Notes under the pieces: model-generated
What the model was told of the DNA's origin: nothing
Seen by the model: only the letters and a program-made list of their open reading frames with translations
Database searches by the model: none
Translations under genes and position numbers: made by a program
Part shown: positions 38,280-45,611 of the stretch, piece after piece
Numbering within the stretch: position 1 is the first letter of the stretch
Layout: every line of letters begins with the position of its first letter
NCBI RefSeq assembly: GCF_025526975.1
Contig: NW_026515704.1
Span: forward strand, 248,001 to 293,611
DNA length: 45,611 bases
DNA from: Fimicolochytrium jonesii
Lineage: Eukaryota
Direction of reading: 5' to 3'

Positions 38280-38731
38280 TCACTCCTTCAAAACCTCCTT
38301 AGTGCACGTCCTACACAAATGATGTATCAACGTCGGCTGTCCACAGAACGGGCACGACGAGATGTTGCGGAGCGGTTTGAGCCACTTTGTCGCCATCCTC
38401 ATCCGCTAACAATAGACAATTCAAAAAATCACCCATCAGCTCCTACAAATAACCATAGTGATTGAAAATGTGATGGGAAGGTTCTTACCTTCTTCCGATG
38501 GGTCGTCTTCTTCTTCGGCACAGCCCACAGCATCCCGGACAGCCAGCCGAGGGCGGCGCCGGTGAGGGAGGTGAGGGTTGGTGATGTTGATACCGTTTGT
38601 GCCGGGGCTGTTAATGCGGCGAAGTGGGACGTCAGTGTCGTTGGGAGGGGTAGGGCTGCTGCTGCGGTGGTGGTGGAGTGGAGGCGGGTGAGGGGCCGGG
38701 TGGAGCGGGGGATGTGGCGGGTGAGCGGCAT
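38280..38731 (-). CDS. MRPL32: Mitochondrial ribosomal protein bL32m (two exons)
   Basis: Presequence, then WAVPKKKTTHRKK|RMRMATKWLKPLRNISSCPFCGQPTLIHHLCRTC. Confidence 0.92.
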
Positions 38732-39381
38732 GGTGGTTGGGTTGGCGAATGGGGATTGAGTGAGAATTTGCTTAGCGACGGCGGACTGAGAGATCTTGAA
38801 GCAATGTGGAAGTCACTGGCGGTTTTGGCTCCCTGTGAGTGTCCCGTCCCGGTAGGTGTGTATGTGCTGTGCGGGTGTGCGTTCTAACGGGAATGGCAAA
38901 GCCAGCAAAGATCTGCAACAAAAAAGTGCGAAAAAGCTGGAGTTATCGAACTCACGCTTTGGCTGGTGCGCGTTGCTGGACAAAAACTCAGAATGCCCTT
39001 GGACGTTAGGAGCTTGCCCTCCCATATATACCTCACCTCTGCCCCTCAGCTCAATTGATCCTCAAAGCCATCAAACTTTCTGGTCTTCGTGCGTTATAAT
39101 GAATATGATGAGAACATGGATTTTTCGAGAAGCTTTGTACAACTATGCAGAAATATGGTGGGATGGGTGCGATGTTTTATATATGGAGGCAAGGGGGTTC
39201 TAAGCCTATCTAATCTTGAGATCCTGCGTGCCTCTTGGGCCTACGTAAACGTGAACACCGAGCTCACGTATCGGGCCGGTGCGTAAATAAAGTGTGGTGG
39301 TGGAGGTGGTGGTGGTGGTTTGGCGGATAGCGTCGGGCAGGGAGAAGTATCGACTCCCTCGCGGTTTTGCGGTGCACCGCT

Positions 39382-40116
39382 TTACTCCAACTTGCCCAGA
39401 ATCTCCTCCTCCCTATACAAAAACATCTCCTTCTCCCCAACCTTAACCTGGTTTCCCCCATACGGCGGCAGCAGTACACGCTCGCCCTCCTTGATGCTCA
39501 TCGGTCTTACGGACGAAGAGTCCTTTGCGGGTGCGCCGGGCCCGACCGCGACGACGATGCCTTCGTTGAGGGTTTCTTGTGCTTTCTCGGGGATGAAGAG
39601 GCCAGAAGCTGTGCGCTGTTGAGGCGGGGAGATGGAGGATTAGTGGGGTTTAGAGGGGAGAGAGCGCCGGGAACAAGTGGGTGTTCGTTTCGAGCATACC
39701 TCAGGAGCCTTGATCCGCTGGATGAGCACGCGGTCGAAGAGAGGGATGATCTTGCTGGCTTGCTTGAAGGTGGACTGTTAAAAACAAGAGGCAAGCTTTC
39801 CATCAGTATGCTGATTTTTTCGTTCTTCGGCGTTTCTGTTTGTTTCGACTGCCCAGATCACTTCCGTCCCCCCCATCCTGCCCGACGGGTTCACATGACG
39901 ACGAGAAGGACTACCGCAAAGGTGTCCCCGACCCCCCCGGCGTAACCAGCTTCCTCCGCGCCGAAAACTATTTCCGCCTTCGCTGACTCCTTCCCGTAGC
40001 ACCCAGTCCGAAATCCTCGCTATTTTCGCCGAGTGTGAGGGAAAGCCACACCAATAAAGGGACGCTAGACACTACTTCAAACCAAGCGAGAGCACGCTTC
40101 AGCAGCAACCTACCAT
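39382..40116 (-). CDS. HSP10: Mitochondrial co-chaperonin Hsp10; the first coding exon is the ATG only
   Basis: ATG|GTAGGT at 40116-40114 and an intron at 39775-40113. Then IIPLFDRVLIQRIK, TASGLFIPEKAQ, VVAVGPG, GERVLLPPYGG and LYREEEILGKLE*. Confidence 0.93.
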
Positions 40117-41574
40117 AGCTGCGAATTTGGACTGCGTCGACAGGGGATGAGCGCTTGAGAGATCGTCGTCCGTTGTGTGTGTGCGAGCGACGAGGGTTGA
40201 AATACGACGTCGGAAGTTCCCTCGTGACCGCGCGCGTTTTTTCCATTTCGTTCTTTTCGTTCTTTCCGCTCCATCGGCAGCGTACGTACTGGATATCAAC
40301 TTGCAACTTCACAACGGCCGCTCGTAAACCCGAACAGGCTCGGATAGGTATAAAGGATCCGATGCATGCGAACGGGGGAGTCGAGAGTCTTCAATAGGCT
40401 TCTTTGAAGAAACACCAGGAGATAATGTCCCACTTGTGGATCGACGCCGGACGCCGATTCATCCGGAAGCCACTCCCAAACGAGGTCCTACGACGACGGA
40501 CCTCGGAAACGGACTCTGGTTTTACGGATGCAGTATCATACACGGAAAGCCCGCGCAAGCTCGAAGTGGAGTATACGTGTCGCAATCACCGACGACTCGC
40601 TTCACGGCTGTCAGGTTGGCAGGAGACGCTTTCGTCTGGCACTCCACGCGCGCAATAACCCGGTGGTACGGGGTAATTGCACCTCCATCTACACCAACGC
40701 CGTACTTGCGAACTGGAAGAGGGAAAGGCCTGCCTTGTGGACTGAACCGAAGAACGGATGACCGGTCTCACGGTGTGCTGTCCGCGACCACTCACTTCGC
40801 AGATGTTTGGCAGGTACCAGTCGGGCGGTTTGAGAAAAGGGCTTGCGGAGGAAGCGGTTCGGCATTCCGGCTTCAACGCCTGGCTGATTGCCGAATTATG
40901 TTGATGCGAATATGCAGAAGAGGAACGTTGGAGACTGGGCAGGGGATGCAGGAGACACGTATTCCGGCATGGACCATGCATCCAGGCCGGACAAACAAAA
41001 GAGAGCGTTACACAACAGTAAGGCCCCTACGCCTTTCCAATCTCCAATCCGCCACATAGATTAGATTGCTCGCAAAACGGGGCCGAGGTCGCCAGGATTT
41101 CTCCAGATGGTTGGCGACAGTCATGGGCGGGGTTCCCCTTACCGATCCTATGGCAACATGTTTGCAAGCCCGCTGGAATGCCACAAGCACAGCGTTTAAG
41201 CATGTTCACACCGCTCCTCTCAGCCCTCTTGTTGAGTTCGCTGAAAGGAGCGATATGAATTATGAATACAATGAAGGAGTTGCACAGACAAAATCGCTCC
41301 TGATAGACGGACGACATGTGCCCGGGCGCTTCACATGCGTCCCCTCTGCGGGCTGTGAATCCCATTTCAGGCGTGTCACACGTTTTTGGGCATTCTTGCT
41401 AGCATAGGATTGTTCGGACGGTCTCATCTCTCTATTCCGTTCTCCGAACGCCGCGCAAGCAATTACGGGAACAAACTGATACGCCGTTTTCCGTTGTTCT
41501 GAGCTTCCGTTCGCGAATCGAGCTAAACTGCATCCCGCATGCCTGCCTCGCCCTGCCTCCCTACCCGCCATTCT

Positions 41575-41655
41575 ATGTTACAAGTTGCCATCATCGGCGA
41601 TGCCTCCGGCAGAGGTACAATGATGTGGATGGCAGATAACCACCACGGAAAATGG
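41575..41655 (-). ncRNA. Candidate Fanzor omegaRNA scaffold / element right end
   Basis: Lies directly 3' of the Fanzor stop. Nested stems GTTA/TAAC, TGCCATC/GATGGCA and CCTC/GAGG are visible, and the segment ends ...TTGTAACATA. Boundaries are inferred. Confidence 0.55.
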
Positions 41656-41675
41656 GATGGGGTGAAAACTCTAGA

Positions 41676-43729
41676 CTACCGGGAGAATGCATCTGGTCTG
41701 CGGCCATTGCCAAGCACCACCGAACGCACAATCGAGAGGAAATTCTTGGTACTTAGGACGTCCCGATTGTGCACTTTCATCCGTAGTCGTAGTGGTCGTC
41801 TTCCAGGAATCCCAAATGGCGTCCAGTCTTGGTTGATACATTCGGGGTTGGGGCAACCCACCAATCCATGGACGAACTCCTTTCTTCCCTTTCTAGCTTG
41901 CCACGGCCGAGGTGATAGCCATCGTCGGATGTTTTTCCTCACACGACCGTGGCAGTGGGGGCACACGGACGACGTTCGATACTCATCTAGCAAGTAGCAT
42001 GGAATGCTGTTTCTTGCAAAGAGTGTGCGGAATCTAATTTCCATGATGAGTTAGCATATTATAGTACATAAAAAACAATGATGGTCACTCACCCCTTGGT
42101 CTTCGATGACTCCTGAAAGCGCATCGTTTTCCCAGCATCGCTCCAATCACCCAAGATGACCGAAAAATGCTTTCCATACCGGCGTCGGATGTTCTTAATG
42201 AGCTTGCTCTCAGACTTTTGCCGCAGTGAGAACGCCTTGAATCTGCGAGCCACGTGAATCTCATCCCGGTAAAACTCATCCAGGGCGGGATCTGGGATAG
42301 GGATGTCAGCCCATGTATTACTAAATTTGAAAATCAAAATTGAAGTAGAACATTATACCCGCATGTACGTGATCCACAATGAACGCTGAGAACGCCTCGA
42401 TGTTCATGCTCTTGTGCGATGGAATATGTGATTCCATCTTGGCGATGCCGGCATTGATCTTTTGCTCTCTCATGTCGCTTTGAAAGAACCGAGATTTTGT
42501 CTCGACCGCCCGTTGATTGGATGTGTATCTGGTATGGTATGGGATGGTGCATTGTGAGGACACTGCAACGGAATGTCAAAAGCAGTAATGAACTAAAACG
42601 TACCGAAATGGCCGCTCCTTCTTGTTGTCTTGACAGAACAGGAGGTCACGCTTGCCCGGATCAATGCAGACGATGTTTGGAGCCTCCCTTAATTCGTCAA
42701 TGTGGTGCTCAAAATACAGCTGCTTGACTTCTTCCCGCATTTGGGCTTTGCTGCGCTTCCGGGCACGATACCCATACTTGAGCCCTGGCTTCTTGAAGTG
42801 GATGGTAACGGAATACCCGTTGGTGCCGATTGACCCATCAAATTTGAGACCCAGCTTCTTTCGATGTTTGAAGACCTTGTTCTGTAATCCGTCATTCAGC
42901 GACATAATCTGATTGAAATAAGCGCATAAGGATAAGGACTTACATTCATGTTGATAAACTGCCCCCACAGCTCCTGCTTGCGTTCATCAGTGAGTTTCCC
43001 CATGCGACGTCGGCCGACATCCAGGATATGAGTGCCTAGGATCAGCGTGTCGATCCGAACAGATGACTGGATTCGAGATTTGCGCAGCGGGATAGCGGAA
43101 AACAGCCGCATTCCACGGCGCTCATAAAGGTGTGAGAGCTCACAATAGGCACCTGTGATGAGGCAGGTGCAGACCAAGTTTAGACAAAAGAGGAATCCGC
43201 AGGGGGGGGGGGGGGGGGGTGGGGTTCGCTTCCTGTCGGTCAACATGCCGAGCATGCTGCTCCCCGGTCGCCTAGTGGGGACCGGCGCAAACTCCGCGCA
43301 AAGTCCCAGTGCTGCTGTATGCCCACCGCTGTATGCCCGCTGCTGCGCGATGTGGGTGTGTATGTTTGGCGCGCGGCGAACGCGTTGTCGGCGATGGCAA
43401 CAGCGCATCACAAACCACGTCGGCCGGGGTCCCAGCGCGCAGCCAATCAGCCAGGTCAGTGTACCAAGCGAGGCGCTTGCTCGCGTTGCTGCGCAGCCAC
43501 CGCACAAGCTGGGGGGGGGGGGTGGGGGGGGGTGTAGAATATACAGGATGCAACTCACCTAAAAATGGCATTGCATCCACCGCAAGGCTGTATGCAAGCG
43601 GCTCATCCTGGGGAGGAAACAGAGCCCATAACTCGTCGAGGACGGTCCGCTCAAGTCGTGTGAGGCGGCCAAACTCCTCTTCGGTTGGGTACTCTTCAAA
43701 TGTTGCGTACTTTGTGAATTGATGGACAC
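41676..43729 (-). CDS. Fanzor1 (eukaryotic TnpB-derived RNA-guided RuvC nuclease), 5' part interrupted by an LTR retrotransposon
   Basis: Exons 43729-43559, 43152-42944, 42881-42604, 42528-42359, 42291-42093 and 42033-41676 join in frame (~460 aa). Motifs: IPLR..VRIDT, FDGSIGTNGYSV, RuvC-I VCIDPGKRDLL, FRYTSNQR, ILGDWS, RuvC-II LLDEYRTSSVCPHC, VHGLVGCPNPEC, RuvC-III HNRDVLSTKNF and the terminal RPDAFSR*. Confidence 0.92.
43202..43532. repeat. Two G-tracts (G18-T-G4 and G12-T-G9) bracketing ~285 bp inside the first visible Fanzor intron
   Basis: Tracts at 43202-43224 and 43511-43532. The intron (43153-43558, 406 nt) is much longer than the other Fanzor introns (59-75 nt). Confidence 0.7.
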
Positions 43730-44259
43730 TGTTATGGACGACGCGTCCATACCATGCGCTTACCTCATGACAGCATCCCAACAGTCAGTCAATGTCAATT
43801 CCCTGTCAAAACCTGACATCTGCCAAACCTCGCAGCCGCACGCAGCCGCGCTACCCCACACCTGCCACTGCCTTCATTTCTCCACGCAGCCGCACGTAGC
43901 CACACCTCCCAACACTCGGCGCTTACAAACCCTTCTCCATACTTCCCCACGTACCCGCCCACAGCCTCAGCGTAGCCACCCCATCCCCAGTCTTCTGTTT
44001 CTATGCTTCCCCACCCTTGGCGCTTCTCTTGGCTTCCCTCTCATTCCGTACCCTTCTGCTTCCCCACGCTTCCCCAGCCTTCCCAGAAAAACATAAATAG
44101 CCGCCTCCCCTGAGCTCCCCACTTCCTGATCCCCCAGCAGATCAACACCAGTTCTTCCTAGTCTTGTTCTAGTTCTTGTTTTGGTCTGAATACCATTACC
44201 TGTCAACAACCTGCACCACAAGTCGCCTCTATTTCCATCGGCTCCGCCCATTCATAACA
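43730..44259 (+). repeat. 5' LTR of a Ty3/gypsy retrotransposon (530 bp)
   Basis: Starts TGTTATGGA and ends TTCATAACA (8/9 inverted termini, TG...CA). Contains a TATA-like ATAAATA at ~44093 and is followed at once by a PBS-like sequence and the gag ATG at 44311. The partner LTR is not in the window. Confidence 0.82.
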
Positions 44260-44310
44260 GTTTGATCTGCTCAACAACCCCCAGCCGCTGTACCTCCACG
44301 CCAAATCACC

Positions 44311-45383
44311 ATGTCCGACGCCCTTCCCCTCACGGCCGAAGCCTGGCAAGCCATGTGCAATGCGATTGACGAACTTCGAGCACAGAATACCACCCTACAA
44401 GCCGAACTAGCGCAAACCCAGACCACTGCCCCTGCCACCCACGCCCCGAACCCAAAATCAGTCTCCCAGACAAATTTGATGGCACCCGAAGCAAGTTCCG
44501 TGGGTTCCTCAACCAGATCCGGCTCATGTTCGCCCTCCAACCCAGGCGCTACCCCAACGATCAGACCAAGATACGAACTATTGGCACCTACCTCACTGGC
44601 ACCGCCCAGGCCTGGCTGGCGCCCCTTGTCGAACAAGACCATCATTCCCTTACGAACCTGGATGATTTCATCCAGCAAATGCAAGCAGTCTTTGGAGACA
44701 GCGACAGGATCCGCACATCCAAAAACAAGCTCCAGAACCTTCAACAAACCCGTGCAGCAACAGAGTATGTAGCTGAATTCCGACAGCTGCAATGCGATGT
44801 GTCGTGGAATGACCAGGCATTGATTGCCACCTTCCGTCGCGGCCTCAAAGAAGACGTCAAGGACTTAATGCTCACGATGCCCCCTACCGCCTCAATTGAC
44901 ACCGTGATGGAACAGGCCATCCAATGTGACAACCGATTGTTTGAGCGCCCTCTAGAGCGAAGCAGGAACCGACAGCCATATGTGCCAGTTACCACTAGCC
45001 CCACCCTCATGAGCCCCGACAACCGCCCAGACGACCCTATGATCATTGACGCTGCTCGTCCGGGAGGACCCCTCACACCGCTAGAGCGCCAACACCGCAT
45101 CACAAACAAACTTTGCCTCTACTATGGTAAACCCGGCCACATAGCCAAACTCTGCTCCCCGAACAAGATACGCACGGCGAATGTCGCGGTAAGGAACCTG
45201 CACCCATCCAGGATTTTGCCCAAGTCCAGCTGCAGTACAGGCCGAGCAGCTGGGCAACACCTGTCCTGGCCTTCTCACCACGCAAGTACTGCCAAGGGAG
45301 AAGCCACAAAACCGTGCTCCGATCCTGGCATCTCCAGCACACACCCTTCTCCTGACCACCAACAATGTCAATCTCCTATCTGA
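44311..45383 (+). pseudogene. gag: Retrotransposon gag, frameshifted
   Basis: The ATG 44311 frame switches near 44445 into EPKISLPDKFDGTRSKFRGFLNQIRLMF...YLTGTAQAW...LQQTRAATEYVAEF...WNDQALIATFRRGL. The zinc knuckle reads CLYYGKPGHIAKLC (second Cys replaced by Tyr). Confidence 0.85.
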
Positions 45384-45396
45384 GATACCCTCACCC

Positions 45397-45611
45397 ATGC
45401 GGACTTTGGGGCCCATCCTCACCATTCGAGTAACCCTGTTACCCTGCAGATATCGCCAGCGAGCTCCAGTTCAGCTTTCAGCACTACTCGACACCGGTGC
45501 GATGTCGTGCTTCATCGACGAAAGTTATGTCCGCAAGCACCGCATCCCACTTGTCAAGAAGGAGGACCCCATGCGCTTGTGAACTGGTTGACGGACGTCC
45601 AGCCATGCGGG
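45397..45611 (+). pseudogene. pol: Retrotransposon aspartic protease (start of pol), frameshifted and truncated by the window end
   Basis: LSALLDTGAMSCFIDESYVRKHRIP. After 45580 the typical continuation ELVDGRP is in another frame. Confidence 0.85.

Larger units (their letters stand above)
43730..45611 (+). mobile_element. Ty3/gypsy (Tf1/sushi-like) LTR retrotransposon, running off the window end
   Basis: LTR, then gag (EPKISLPDKFDG, retrotransposon gag domain, CCHC knuckle remnant), then aspartic protease ALLDTGAMSCFID. Confidence 0.93.

Noticed and set aside
39775..40113. Long HSP10 first intron as a snoRNA host
   Set aside because: No convincing C-box/D-box pair with a terminal stem; ACTGAT is better read as the branch point.
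40150..41550. Several 80-200 aa ORFs between HSP10 and the Fanzor end
   Set aside because: No recognisable domain, transposase motif or coherent exon structure. A head-to-head HSP60 was looked for and not found.
41576..41590. TGTTACAAG at the Fanzor 3' end resembles an LTR start, suggesting Fanzor lies inside an LTR element
   Set aside because: There is no similarity to the 43730-44259 LTR beyond TGTTA, and the segment is better explained as the omegaRNA/element end.
43509..43558. Short 50-nt intron ending at the first poly-C/AG in the Fanzor gene
   Set aside because: Splicing there gives a stop after ~17 codons, whereas the acceptor at 43153 restores Fanzor motifs in phase.
45180..45400. 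Programmed gag-pol frameshift signal
   Set aside because: No clear slippery heptamer, and the other indels in the element make decay or sequencing error equally likely.
1..45611. CRISPR arrays, rRNA and tRNA genes
   Set aside because: No repeat-spacer periodicity, rRNA signature or cloverleaf with A/B boxes was recognised.

Overview
Gene-dense, intron-rich fungal DNA. It is most consistent with a zoosporic (chytrid-like) fungus, inferred from a chitin synthase plus the flagellum-associated gene TSNAXIP1. Bases 1-40.1 kb hold ordinary housekeeping genes: type II PI4-kinase, Hsp78, chitin synthase, Met22, COP-zeta, TSNAXIP1, Spc3, Med21, 1-Cys peroxiredoxin, gephyrin, Dpy30, an SR protein, SUMO, Per1, bL32m and Hsp10. 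An intronless GT61 glycosyltransferase also lies in this stretch. The last ~4 kb is a nest of mobile DNA. On the minus strand is a spliced Fanzor1 gene (eukaryotic TnpB-derived RNA-guided nuclease): six visible exons join in frame into ~460 aa with an intact RuvC D-E-D triad and zinc finger. A compact structured segment just after its stop is a candidate omegaRNA/element end. The Fanzor 5' coding region is interrupted by an oppositely oriented Ty3/gypsy LTR retrotransposon whose primer-binding site is complementary to its own LTR (Tf1-type self-priming). All calls are by eye from the sequence and ORF track; no searches or folding were run.
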